The position numbers and the translations under genes were made by a program. Source: Phoronis australis (lineage: Eukaryota > Animalia > Phoronida). From it: a DNA stretch of 64,000 nucleotides. The notes beneath the pieces were generated by a model, which had not been told where the DNA came from, ran no database searches, and saw nothing but the letters and a program-made list of their open reading frames with translations. Positions 52,101 through 64,000 of the stretch are shown here, one piece after another. The stretch spans positions 581,401 to 645,400 of the forward strand of contig NMRA01000136.1 in the NCBI GenBank assembly GCA_002633005.1, written 5' to 3'. Within the stretch, counting starts at the first letter, position 1, and the number at the start of each line of letters is the position of its first letter.

Positions 52101-55100
52101 TCGAGTTTTGATTTCCGAACTCACTAAGCTTATCGTCGGAATCCCCGTTGGCAAATAAAAAGACGCAAGGCAGTCTCGGACGGAATACACGCAACAATTT
52201 TTACAAGTGCACTAGAAATTTGCGTAACAGATGACTAAAGTAAGAACTTTGATATAGACAAACACGGCATGTCGAATGCATTGAATGAATATGACATCAA
52301 TTTTCGGTTTTAGAGTTGTTCATCTGCTCATATAGAACTGCATGAAAATATATTTCTAGTTATCCAATTAGTCATTTTGAGGCTTAGCATTTAGCTAATA
52401 GTGCAAAAATCCCGAAATTTTTCTTAAAACTTTTATTGTGATGTCTGACCGGCAAATGTATTGTTAGATTTTGTGTTTAAAGTGCAGCAGTACTGAAGTC
52501 TATTTTAACTGTTAAATTTATTAATTTTGTCTTTTCCGTACAGGAGCATCAGATTTCTGAACAAAACAATAATTTCGTCCTTCTCTCAAAATGCTTCCCA
52601 AATACATGCACAAAACGTACCGAGAGTGGCGTACATGAAGTAATATCCCACGAGACATTATTCCGCGGAATAAGGTCGAGTGTTTATCCCATACGCTTCG
52701 AATTCCTAAGTTTCTTACATTTTTTCGGCAGATTTCTTAATACTTCACCCAGACTGTTCACATGGCGGATCACATCCTATATGTATGTACTTGCGCGTTA
52801 GGTTGCAGGTTTTCTCTTGTAAAAGAAAGGTTTTAAAAGTAACAACTTATTTCTTGAAAAGATATAACAAAGATGAAAACAACGGCAACTGTGCAGTGAA
52901 CTTGTAACATATCCTGGAAATAGTTAAAAAGCAACAATATTCGATATTGTAGTTTCCTAGGAATCGGATCCTGAGTTGCAGACGATATAGCATTTAGCAA
53001 TTGAAAACCGAGACATAAGTGTCATATAATTAACAGTTTTGTTCCAGATTTTGCGTTTAAGACCTGGTTGCATGTCGAGTGTTAGTTACACTACTGCATT
53101 GTATTACTGGAAACTATATTCGGAAAGTTTGATGATCGAACCGGCTGAAGACGTCGAGTCGGCATTTTTTTAATGAAACATTTATTAATTAAACGAACCA
53201 CTACATAGTTCTACAGCAATATGAAATCTAGTCAAGTACATCAAACAAATTACGAACATTATGGAACCCTATAGACCTAATTCACGCCGACAGGAGGCGC
53301 GTTCCAAAACGAGGCACGTTACGATAGCTCTGTTAGCTTATCGGCATAGTTGTATTTCGCGTTGCTCGAACGGCTAGAAAAAATACGGGCACTCAACTGT
53401 CTGCTTTACAATACCTAAGGACTTCGAGATTAGGAAGCGTTGGGTCGTTGGTATACGCCGCGACGAAGGAACATATGTCCGTGTAAAATTTATAAATGTT
53501 TTCGAAAAGTTAGATCATATTTTGTCGCATCTCGATAGCCAAGCGTCAGTAGCAACGATCAGAGAATCTTCGGCCAGCCGAGCTGTGTTTTCATGACTAT
53601 ATGAGGCATTTTTCATTCCAAAAAGGACAGGGTCCTCAATTCCTCGATTTTGGGGCCGAATATCGGCCCTATTCCCCTCTCAAAAATATTAAAAAATCAC
53701 GCGAAATTCACCTCACGAGACCTAAAAATTCCTCCAGTTATTAAACATTTCTCTCTGCAGTTCAAATCCCCTGTAACCACACAGGTGACAATTTGAAGAG
53801 CACAAAATGCTATTTTAAACTGAGACAGAGCCTATGAGAGCTTGCAACAGGGCGGGGGTGTTATTGCTGGTGATCGGGAGGTTGATTTTTCCCTCACTCG
53901 GCGAAAAAAATACCCTTTCAGAAGGCACAGGCACCTTTCCCCTCGGATGAACGAGGCTCCTGGAGGAACGTGATAACTATAACTGCTCTGTCCAGTTAAC
54001 TGAAATTGAGTTCTATGCTTTGGACGAATGACTCCAATTAGGTGTTTTAATTTTAAAATTAAACTTGGTCCAGATTGATATTTGAAACCTAACACATGAA
54101 ATAGACGTAAGAATTATTAAAACCAAGAAAACAGAACTGATGGTCAGATACGAGTCTGGTTTTTATTTTAATAAAAAATATATTTTATAACATCAATTAT
54201 TCTTTCAGATCAATGACTAATCAACTGTTAATCCCAGTAGTCCCTACCTCACCAGGATCAGGCTATGCTTGATGTTGATATTCTTGATCAACAAAGTAAA
54301 CCGGATGTGACTAAGTACACATGACAGAAAAATGCTATGAGCCGCCACCGTTGCCGAATATATCTTCAACTCGTCAACAATACGAGCAGGTGACCTTGTT
54401 CGTGTAGAAAGCATTTTTATCAATAATTTACACGAAGAAACGTAACCCTGCATTCAGCGTAATACCTAATCCGAGCATTACGATCGCGGCAATTTGGTCA
54501 TATTTACTTTGCATGTTTCGGACCTGTAAAATATACCCTTTCGTCAGACAACTCTTTGGTGCATTAACTTGTTCTCTAATGTATATTTCTACGTCTCTGT
54601 GGTTAATTGTCAACACATTTTTAAGCTTTAATATCCAGGTTGGACTCGAAAGACCGGCCATTTAACTCACGCAACGTCAACTTCCGCTTGGTTTATCGCA
54701 GTGAGCCTCGTTTTGGATTTTAATGTCCGCCGCGTGAATTAGGTCTATAAAATTTAGTTGCTAAGCAAAAAAGAAGACCACCTTGCCTGGAATCTCTCAG
54801 GATCCAATTTATAATTGTAAATAGGTTTTTCCAGGCTGTAGTAATCACATACCTCACGTAAAAATGACTGAAATTTGGCTTAGCCTTTTGCAGTCTTTGC
54901 ATATATAAGTGAAATTTCGCATAGCAAAGAATTAAATTTACAACTTCCAATATATAGGCTGGATCTCCAAACAAGGCAGTAGACATATTTAACTGCAGAG
55001 GAAAATCGCACTGATTTATCATCCATGTTTTTAAACATCCCCAAAACTTCTGAACAAGTGCACATTGTTTCTTCGTGTTGCTCACAGAAAGAACACAAAG

Positions 55101-58100
55101 ACGATTCGCTAACTCCTATTTTCTTTAAATAAGAGTTTGTACCAATACGGAATTGAAACCATCTGAGTCTGACATCGGAAGTACAATGATCAATTACAGA
55201 TTGAATTTTTTTCCAAGACCGGGTATCATCGCATAAGTTAATTTCTCTCTCCCACTTCACTTCCGCGACAGGTTTTACATACGTCGAGTCGACACTGACC
55301 TGCCTTTTGAACTTTCCATGTTAGGGTCAATGTTGAAGTAGTGCGGGAGGTGAATACGAAAAACTTTATTACATGGCCGAATTTTCCTCGGCAAATTCAA
55401 CACGAATGGGATCAATTTATAATGTCGCCAGTTGGATTAAACTACATATATAATTTCTTCATCATGTGTAAGGACACAGTATTTCTGAGAATTTAGGGAA
55501 GACTCAAACTTCCTCGAAATCACCTGATCTACAGGTCGGCTGGTCCTTCTGCTTGCTTTCTATTCACTCAAGATACTGTTCACACATTTCAGGCGTTCAA
55601 AAGACTCAGTTCAGTATACGACGGCAACATCAATAACGTGGACATCTTTGTTGGCGGCTTGTTTGAGAGCACTCAGGAAGGTCCAGGGGAGCTCTTCAAA
55701 CTGATCATCAGGGATCAGTTTACGAGATTTCGAGACGGGGATAGATTCTGGTTCGAAAATAAGATAAATGAGTAGGTGTTTATGAACGAAACAGCGTTTT
55801 TCATGAAGTGTTGCTAACAAAATTTTCATTAACATTTTACGGCTTTGGAGGAGAGATCTCATACAAACAATGACAGCAGGATGGCTGTCATCCCCAGCAA
55901 CACCGTCAGTAGACGCTAGACATACGATCTCGAGGTATCATTCCGATTTAAAGGTACCCCCAAGCTACCAGAAGTTCATTTTATGACAGATACATGTACG
56001 AGTAAACATGAGATATATCCAAAAGCAACTGTCCTACAGACGCTGGTTTGTGTGACATTTTTGAATCCTGGGTAAGAGGATTGTTGGTCACTATCCGGGA
56101 AATTGTCAATAAGGGTGACGCTGTGTAGAGAAAAAAACAAAATCTCACAAGACCGCAAACCATGCGAGTGAGAGGCGAGTGTTTTGCTAGTATGCTCAAC
56201 CGGACGTTTGCTAGCCTATTCGAATAGCAAAATGGCTGCCGTTAAAGTGACTGTTCAGAGAGATTGGAATATTGAATTATGGAATTGAAAAATTACAGGA
56301 TGGAATTTTCTGATTCCGTTCCATTTTATGTGCAAGCCAATGACTCGGGATCTACTGAACGAAGTCTTTGTTAATGACGTTGTTTTATCACCCTAGCTAG
56401 CCTGCAAAAATTACTTCCTGACACGAAATCTAATGTTGCTGTTGATTCATTTCCTGATGATTTAGCCCATACATCAGCTCTGACTCCAGAGACGAATGTC
56501 CATTCCCAAAACACCTGTAGTTTAACCGGAAATTAAATCCATTTGGTGGAGCAACCTGAGTAAATTTTCGCTTTTTTACCTCTTTGTGACAACGATTAGT
56601 CAATCGGCATCGATCATCTTGTACTCATATATTTAGTCCTGACTCAGATGACGTCATATTAAAATTAGTAGGATGACTGCATGCCAATCAAATGAATGTA
56701 CAAAGTTAACGAGTTCATTGCTAGGCACACATGCAAATGGCGGAGTAAGTACAGCGCGTAAAATTCCTAGTCTCCAAGTAAATAAGTGACCCTGAAACGC
56801 TTGATTTACGTGCCCTGTCGCTAAATGAACGATTTCCCACAACCCGTTAATAAATGGTATCTCCTCGTTTCAGATTCTTTACTGACACAGAACTTGCAGA
56901 AATCTACAACACGACGCTTTATTCTATTATCCTGGACACGACAAGTATCAAAGCCGGGGATGTACAAGAGAACGTGTTCTTTTGGAAGCAAGGTTTTAAT
57001 AATTTAATATGTTGGAATGCGATTGCGGTGGATGAATTTTGGCACAGCTTATCATTTTTAGGAGAGCTTTATTTTCTTTAAATGTTTATGTCAGACACTT
57101 TATTAGACAAGCTGAAGGAACAATCAAACAGACACTAGGATACACACCTTCTGTTATTGCAGTGCTCACATCACTCTTCTCGTTTACGGTCGCGCAGTCA
57201 TCTTTTAAACTGGTGGACGGCTTCAAGTGTTGCACTGAACCAAAAACCCATTAAAATTTAGACATTGCCACCAACCACGTAGCGGTAACTTGTTTTCTTT
57301 TCAGGAGACCCCTGTGAGCAGCCGAAGCAACTTAATGGCTCTGACCTCAGCGAGTGTAACGCCAACAAAGCTTACGACTACTTTAGCGGAAGCGAAACTG
57401 GTTTCATCGTTATAGTTCTTGGAATATTTATACTTATAATCGGTTAGTGTTCGACTGTATCGCTTTTCCCATACTTAATATGTCCCAGTATAAGAAACGT
57501 TTGTAAAGCTATAGCCGCTACATACGAACAGGACTGCGTCCTATAACTCACGATTCGCGAAACCCTTCTCGATAAGTCTATTCTGAGTGTGAAGTTAACC
57601 TAGTATTTTCTCCGGTAACGTTCACAACCACCTTTAAGGGCGGCCATTTGTCAAGATTGCGCTCGTAGAAGCAAAACACTAGCAAATTTTTATGCGATTC
57701 GCTAGTCATACAGCAATTCAGAATGTTTAGACAGTGTTTTCTATCATGAATAACGTTCCAGATTAGCAATCTAACCACTTTCAGCGGCGGCCATCTTGCA
57801 AGTGTACACAATTAATAAGACGGAGAAGTTGGCAGGGAAACGTTCGTTAGCGAGATCTAGGATTACGCTACTTGCAGGATAATAGTCTAACTGAAAGGGC
57901 CTTTCCTTCCCTCAGACCTGCCTCTTGAGACATTTACTACAGTGTTGCACTCGACAGACTGGTCAAGTGCGGCTGTCAACATCGTCAACTGTTGTCATTT
58001 GGGCAACAATATGTGCCGGCATTCACGGCATAGAACTGTAGCACTGGGCACATATTATCGCTCCAAGGGGAAGACAATATGTGTCGAGTACATATGTTAT

Positions 58101-61100
58101 GTTATAGTGATGTCACATATTGTCGCCTCCTTAGAGAATATTTTTGGCAAAATATCATAACTGTGTACTTGTAGGCCTTCGCGATATTGCTTGTAGGGTT
58201 GATTAACTAAACTTCGACGTGGGACTTTGAGGTAGGTACGGCAGGGGTCTGAATGCAGACTCGAGTAAGGGGGCAACCAAAATCTGGAGAAAGCATGGCA
58301 CGCCTTATCGATAGCCCAGATGCTCCAGCTTGCAAAATCAACACTCGTGCAAACAAGACTGGCGTCGGGCGTGATTATCGTCAACAACCATCTCCGAAAT
58401 CTTTCCCTTGTTCAATATGGTACAACATCGTTTCGGGCTTTCTTACAATTTCCTGAACCTCCCTTGACTCTAGATTTGCGTATTTGAAAAAAAACCTGGT
58501 AAGCAGAAAACCTTTCAAGAAACTTGGGGCAATATGTTTCTGTGTTAAGTGCACGTGTTATTTCACCCGATACATAATGTGACTGGGCGACAATATGTTT
58601 TTAGTGAGACGATTTTTGTCACAGCACAGCCCCGCATGCTACTTCAGTAGGTGCTAATATTTCGAGATAATAACTCGCATCACCTACGTTTTAGGTTGTT
58701 TCTTCGTTCCCATATTCGTGCTCAAGTTGAGATTTATTTTACGCCGAGGTCGCTTCAGATCCTGGGAGCATTCTACTGTGTCCAATGGAAGCACTGCAGA
58801 GAAACATTTCGCATCGGAGGATGATGAAGGTTGGTTACACTTGTATGTTTTCTTGGTTACTGGTTCTTGAAACTTTGAAAAGTTGATAAAGTCATAAAGA
58901 AGACTGGCCTTATAAAAATTCGATGTAACCCAATGAATCGTAGCGTAGATCATCTGATTAGGAAAGAGTGATGTCAAAGCACAGGCGGGAATACATTGAG
59001 GAGGCAAGGGTTTGGTCCCACTACAGGCACGACCACGTATATCTGTCGGGGGTAGAAATGATCGAAACGCAAAAATGTTGATGACCACGGCGAAGCGTGT
59101 CGATGGAGAAGAGCTTTTTTGCGATGACCTACTCGTGCCCTTCCTTGGCTACACCGGTGAGAGTAGTATTTTAATAACATACGTGTTAAAACCAAACGCT
59201 CCGTCAAATTTGAAAACCACAATTTTCTTCGAGTTTTGACACTCTCATTACTCAGGACAGCACCATGTACCGAACTTATTGGGTGCTTCATTGGCTAAAT
59301 GGATTAATTTACTTTTGATGTTTTCGATTTGGCGTTGACAAGGGAATTAAAAACAGGTATAATACATGATTTTTGCTTCGAGGCGCAATGTTTAGCGCGC
59401 TCAACATTAAAATCTCAGAACTGCAATCTTTCCCGGTACTGGCAGGTGCTCTTAAAATTTAGTAAGAATTATGGCGCATAATCGCCTTTTTAAACTCGAA
59501 TTATATCTTTTCACAGTAATGGAGTATCACGACAAGGACAAATGGCGACATGTGAGGGTCACGTTCCTTGAAGCAGAAAGTTCTATTGTCGTTCAAGACA
59601 AGAGTGGTAACATTCTGAGAAACATAAATCTGGGCAGCACAGATATGATTGTGCTTCAGCGAGCAACAGATTCTAGGAAATACATCATTTGTTTGAAGGT
59701 GAAAATTGGGCCAGATCTGGTGAGTTTTCGAGTTATGCACATTTTGTTAACCTATACAAAAAGCCAGAAATTGTTGAACCAGTGCCGGTCTCCGTAGTTC
59801 GGAGATAAGCGCGGTGGACCCTTGACCGAAGGATTGTGGGTAATCCATATCGGCATCACTCGTGCAGCTGTGACTTTGAGAAAAACGCTTCACGCACGTT
59901 GTTCATCCTATGAGAGTTCTACCTATGAGGCACTTGAGCCAACACCAGTTTGCGCTATTCAAACTTGGATTTTACATATTTACTAAAACTGGGATTGTCT
60001 ACCCGCTCATTGGCACTGTTTAATCTTTTACTAAACCGCAAGTGCATTGCCCTTATGGAACTTTTGTATGTGATGAACATTATTTTAAATATTATATATT
60101 CCTAACGTAACAGGATGTACCAAGCAGTAGAAAAAGATCTGCAGTCTATCACGCTTAATCTTCCTTAGGTCCTATGTTACAAGCGACCAGATGATATCAA
60201 GTCCCTTGCCGACAAAATAAACAAGTTTACTCGAGACAGGAGCTTGCTTACAAACACGGCAGCGTTATCCGAGACGAAAATTTTGTCCAAGGCGCGAAAT
60301 CTGAAGGAAGTCATGAAAGAAGTGGAATATCACTGTCGTTTCCTGTTTGCTGAGGTAATATCATTGCAATTGCTTTAATGTCTTTTGTGGTTGAGTTTTT
60401 TGTTCTATTCATGCAGTGTAGGGAATTTAAGAGCCGATAAGTTAAAACTGTTGTAGGTTTTGCGCTTGCATCTTGCACTGCTAATACAAGAAAAACGGAG
60501 AAACAAGTGAACCACCCGAAAATCCCATTTTGGTGCACAACATGAAGTATTCGGGGTGCAGAGTGTTACCTCTGAAAAAGCCATTTTCAGTTGCTATCTG
60601 ATCATTAACATTCACATTGACTTTTCGGTGGACTTGAAACGCAAAATATTGTTTTTATGCGTCTACTAATGTATGCACGTTCGTCCAGCGTCCGTCCGGC
60701 GTCTGCACTTATATTTCCTAAACCCCTTGGCATGTAAATTGCTATGAACCTGACAACGGATGACGACGACTTACGGAGGAATCTTCGGCCGATTACCGCT
60801 GTGCCATCAGTTGGCTGTTTTCATATATGCTCCTGAGTTTTTATGAAATTTTGGTGAATAGGTGTCCTTTAAAGATACGATGACGCGTCAACGAGTGTCC
60901 ACTTTTACTATTTTGAAGTCAAACAGCTAAAAGTCAAAGAATCATCGTGCAGATATATTTCTGCTCAGCAATTTTTAGAAGACTTCAGCCACTGTAATGC
61001 ACCCTAGTTGCAAGTTTTGCGTCCGCTACTGTATCTCTTAAAGCTCTTTGCAGGATTGTCGTAAAATGACGATGACTTCCAACGTATCCGACCGCAGCTG

Positions 61101-63386
61101 TACTTCATAGCTAGCAATTTATTGTTTACTGTTGTCCTGTATCATTGGAGTTCCTCATGGAATTTTGCAAATAGGTTTATATTAAGGAGGCCCATTTTCG
61201 AATGGGTTCAAGGTATAAAACGCCAGTTAGTGTCCGTTTTTGTTATTTTCGAGTTTGTGTTTGTTGGCGTCCGCCTCGCTATAGGTTGACATTTGTTGAC
61301 AACGATTTTTCGGAAGGGGTGACTCTTTCAACATCCGTTAGTGGCTATTTGTGTTGGGTCTCAATATCTCCAAGAGATCTTCATGAAATTTGCTATGTTT
61401 TCCTGTTGAGGATATTAAGCTGATGAGGCTTTTGAGACAAATCCGACCACTGTGGCGTCACCTAGCGACAAATTTGGGTTTCCTTGCGTTTGTCTTGAAG
61501 TTCCTTTGTACATACTCATGAAATTTCATATATAAGTTAATACAGAGACGACATCTGCCTCGTTTCAGATGGATTTGNNNNNNNNNNNNNCCCCCCCCCC
61601 CCCCCGACGACATTATTACATTTATTTCTGCTCTTCGTCGCCCATTTCCCTATCCGTAAATCTGCTGGATAAAAAATAATGAAAGGTGTTAGGGATGTTC
61701 TTATTGGCGAGACTATTGCTGGCTAGCTTTGTGCTTCGTACAGGCTGTTACAAGGGTTGGTCATTTTAGTGGGAGTGTTTGACATATTGATCATTCTTCT
61801 GCATGTGTTCTGGGCGATGCACATGGTGGGCGCATTTAAACGCTCTGCGTATGTATCAGTTTCTTTTATAGTTGAATATTTTGTTCTATTCATAATTGTT
61901 TGAAATTCGATTCAGGTGGTAGTAGGAGCTTTTGCTAATACAGAAGTATCGGTGAAGCAATCGAATCCCAACAAAGAAGTCGTTTGGTGTGTAAAACGAA
62001 GTGCTACTCGAGTTGTTTAATGCACAAAAATTCTTTTTAGTTGCTGGGTATCGAAATACGTAGTGACGTGTCACACGACTTGATCAACAAAGACATCCTT
62101 CAAGTCGAGCTTAGCAGACACGAGTTGGCAGAGGCGACGCGACTGAGAACCGAGTCCGAGTTTGTTCAATTAATTTATGACACTTTGGATAGCGAGAGAA
62201 GTGGATGTTTAAAGCTTAGGAAGATTCTCGCCTTTTTGGTTTTGCTTTGTGACGGTAAGTCTCTCTAGTACACTACTAATTGTCCAGATTGGTTTGCTAA
62301 ATCCTCAAGATGTTGATACGATGTCAGAGTTGAAGAGCACATGTTTATTCAGACGTAGACAGCCTTTTAAGTTTCTTTATGGGAAAAAATTCATCTCGTT
62401 TTTAAGGTACCTAATGTTTAGGCGTCTACGTTTTTTCTACAAAAACGTTTTGCAGTGGGCTTCTGGGTCTACAGTTTATGAATATTTTCGACAGAACACA
62501 AGTATGTCGACGTCTGAATTTTCTTTACCAAATCTTTTTATTCCAGTTCCTTCAAAGAAAAAACTGAAAGCTCTGTTTGACATGTACGACATTGAAGGAC
62601 GCGGGAAAGTGAAAAAGATGGAGTTCCTCAAAGTTATTAGGTATGTTACAAAAACAATTCTATTTGAAAAAAAGTGCTGAGACTGAATGACGAATAACTG
62701 TTAATCTTATGCCGGTGTAATCAAAATGGGAAATCTCGTTTCAACAAGTTCTTGATAAACAGCTGTATCAAGTTATTTTTGACGGAACGAAGCTAGGGAT
62801 AAGTTGGTTATGAATTCTGCTGAAATATAAAAAGTCTATAAATTGCCAAAAAGATAATCAATGGAAACGTTTAATTCTTAATTCCTGTTCAAGATGGAAA
62901 TAGATGTATTCATTCTTAATCTTTCCCAGAACCATTGAGGAGATTGCCAACAGCAGAGGCGACGAAATGCTGTTGGAAGCCATGTTAGCTTCAGCCGATT
63001 TAGACCAGAAGCAGGAGCTCTCGTTTGATGATTTGCTGAAATTGTCAGAAAATGACGACACTTTACAGGGTTAGTACATCTGAGTTCATCTTTTAATTTC
63101 TTGTCCGAGTTCGTTTTTTTCATAAATCAACTTCCAATGCCTGCTGGAAGTATGAAAACGATTATTTCACTTATTTTAATTTTGAAAGTGATCTTCGGAA
63201 CATGAAGTCCAATCGCGTCTAATCTCTGAACTCTCTAGCGTTCCCTTCCTTAGATAATATGGAACGAGCGTTCGGAAGGTTTGACAGTTCCTGTATCCCT
63301 GATACCCAGCGTTCTTCAATATCGAGACCGATGACAGTCCCGAAATTTCACTTGAGACCAGGCACAAGCAGCAGCCAAAGAGTCAG
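37108..63386 (+). CDS. Duox: Dual oxidase (DUOX family), copy B; 5' part, continues beyond the window end
   Basis: 21 phase-consistent exons: 37108-37162 (signal peptide MELRILVTSIVLRLAVIT, least certain), 40979-41053, 41837-41992, 43570-43757, 44178-44385, 45080-45246, 45860-45920 (GC donor), 48656-48752, 49040-49136, 50520-50613, 51266-51438, 55593-55771, 56874-56992, 57305-57442, 58695-58829, 59517-59719, 60169-60354, 62041-62254, 62547-62640, 62930-63069, 63254-63386. Peroxidase-like domain motifs: PRYDGYYNNVANPAWG, TGQSPGSPREQIN, FIDGSVIYS, AAFRFGHTIVPPG, GMASQITERED, RGRDNG, RDGDRFWFEN. Confidence 0.95.
42205..42850. repeat. Long degenerate (CAT/CAC)n trinucleotide repeat in a DUOX intron
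   Basis: Direct inspection; accounts for the low-complexity ORFs at 42125-43009. Confidence 0.9.
44787..45031. mobile_element. Short MITE
   Basis: Imperfect inverted ends CATGCGCGCATCCAG / CTGGGTGCACACAT and an internal GGGGGCTC..GAGCCCCC hairpin. Confidence 0.45.
46682..48627. mobile_element. TTAA-flanked non-autonomous DNA transposon (Kolobok-like) in a DUOX intron
   Basis: TTAA-GGTAGGTGGATACAC ... GTGTATACACCTACC-TTAA: near-perfect 15-bp TIRs with a TTAA TSD and no long ORF. Confidence 0.8.
53165..55280 (-). mobile_element. 5'-truncated L1/Tx1-type LINE 3' end, interrupted by a DNA transposon
   Basis: The 3' UTR at 53165-53272 aligns with 14372-14480. ORF2 C-terminus (RWFQFRI..LKKIG..LCSFCEQHEET) at 54880-55260. 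TSD ACGTCGAGTCG(G/A)CA at 53151-53164 and 55281-55294. Confidence 0.85.
53273..54746 (+). mobile_element. THAP-remnant TIR DNA transposon (ISL2EU/Harbinger-like) nested in the LINE 3' UTR
   Basis: TIRs AGACCTAATTCACGC / GCGTGAATTAGGTCT with an AT (or TATA) duplication; the empty site CCCTATAAAA is seen in the LINE at ~14474. Decayed THAP peptide SCISRCSNG*..FTIPKDFEIRKRWVVGIRRDEG at ~53350-53470. Confidence 0.8.
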
Positions 63387-63829
63387 GTGTGTATCACGTC
63401 TTCCTTTCTCGCTCGCAGGTTGTCTCACGACACTGTTCAGTCGCTGTGGCAGTGTTGCTGTTGCAATCCAAAAGTATGCTCGTCCTTTCCATTTCTTGGC
63501 CGCCCTTTGCAATTTGTGACCATCTGTCTGTCTGAAGGCCAGCCATTCCCATCGGCGCTCCGTGCCTCCTAATGCATGACCAAACCTATTTTACAATAAT
63601 ATAGACGTAACCATACACATACGTATCATGGATCTGAATTTATAAAGGTCAGTTTTTGTGCAATCGCTTCCCTCATGAGATATAGTAGCAGACAAATCTT
63701 CGTTATAGAATAATTTGATTTTGGATGATGAAGTTGTCGAAATACTTCTAGACAATTAGTTAGTAAATGCACCATATATGCCTCTATACAAATGGTAGCT
63801 AGACCACCGGGGATGTCATTTCCTAATAA
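57196..63829 (+). repeat. Segmental duplicate of window positions ~1-5810 (DUOX exons plus introns)
   Basis: Sequence at 1 (agtcatctttcaaactggtggacggc) recurs at 57196. Exon lengths are identical and introns align, apart from copy-specific indels such as a ~1.1 kb insertion at ~60690-61800 in copy B. Confidence 0.95.
61578..61605. other. Assembly gap (N run) followed by poly-C
   Basis: 13 N then a C homopolymer; single Ns also occur at 16395 and 21754. Confidence 0.95.
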
Positions 63830-64000
63830 TAGTCGGTGGGCCAGATTTTGTAGGGCCTCTAGAAAATGGTTTTTGTGAGTACTTTAGGGGGGCAATTTTA
63901 TTTTGGTGTTTTTTAATTCATTTATTAGAGTGTTTTCAAAATCTAAAAAGTTCCCACATATAAAGTTGCACATTTTTGAGAAATTTGAGTTTGAAGTTAC
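63830..64000. mobile_element. Start of an insertion specific to DUOX copy B intron (probable transposon end)
   Basis: Alignment with copy A (..TTTCCTAATAA|AACCTTAACTTCGTTTCAG) breaks abruptly and new sequence begins TAGTCGGTGGGCCAG. The other end is outside the window. Confidence 0.55.

Overview
Eukaryotic, intron-rich animal DNA; the repeat content suggests a marine invertebrate. The window holds a head-to-tail tandem array of dual oxidase (DUOX) genes on the + strand. Copy A contributes its 3' portion: 18 exons at 110-13827, from the first transmembrane helix through the EF-hand, ferric-reductase, FAD and NADPH domains to the stop. Copy B contributes its 5' portion: 21 exons at 37108-63386, from the signal peptide and full peroxidase-like domain to the EF-hand region, continuing past the window end. 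The copies are offset by about 57.2 kb and their introns still align. A decayed exon of a probable third copy lies at 21325-21453. These DUOXs are atypical: both EF-hand loops are degenerate, the NADPH motif reads GIGVTAF, the C-terminus is EIFNN, and amino-acid divergence between the paralogs concentrates in one cytoplasmic exon. Introns and intergenic DNA carry a TSD-bounded L1/Tx1-type LINE, a 5'-truncated relative, two ~1.5 kb THAP-encoding TIR elements, a Helentron/HINE-like repeat, a TTAA-flanked element, SINE heads and microsatellites. Exon models were built by hand from translation and splice signals; no database search was run. Most short ORFs in the supplied track are spurious.
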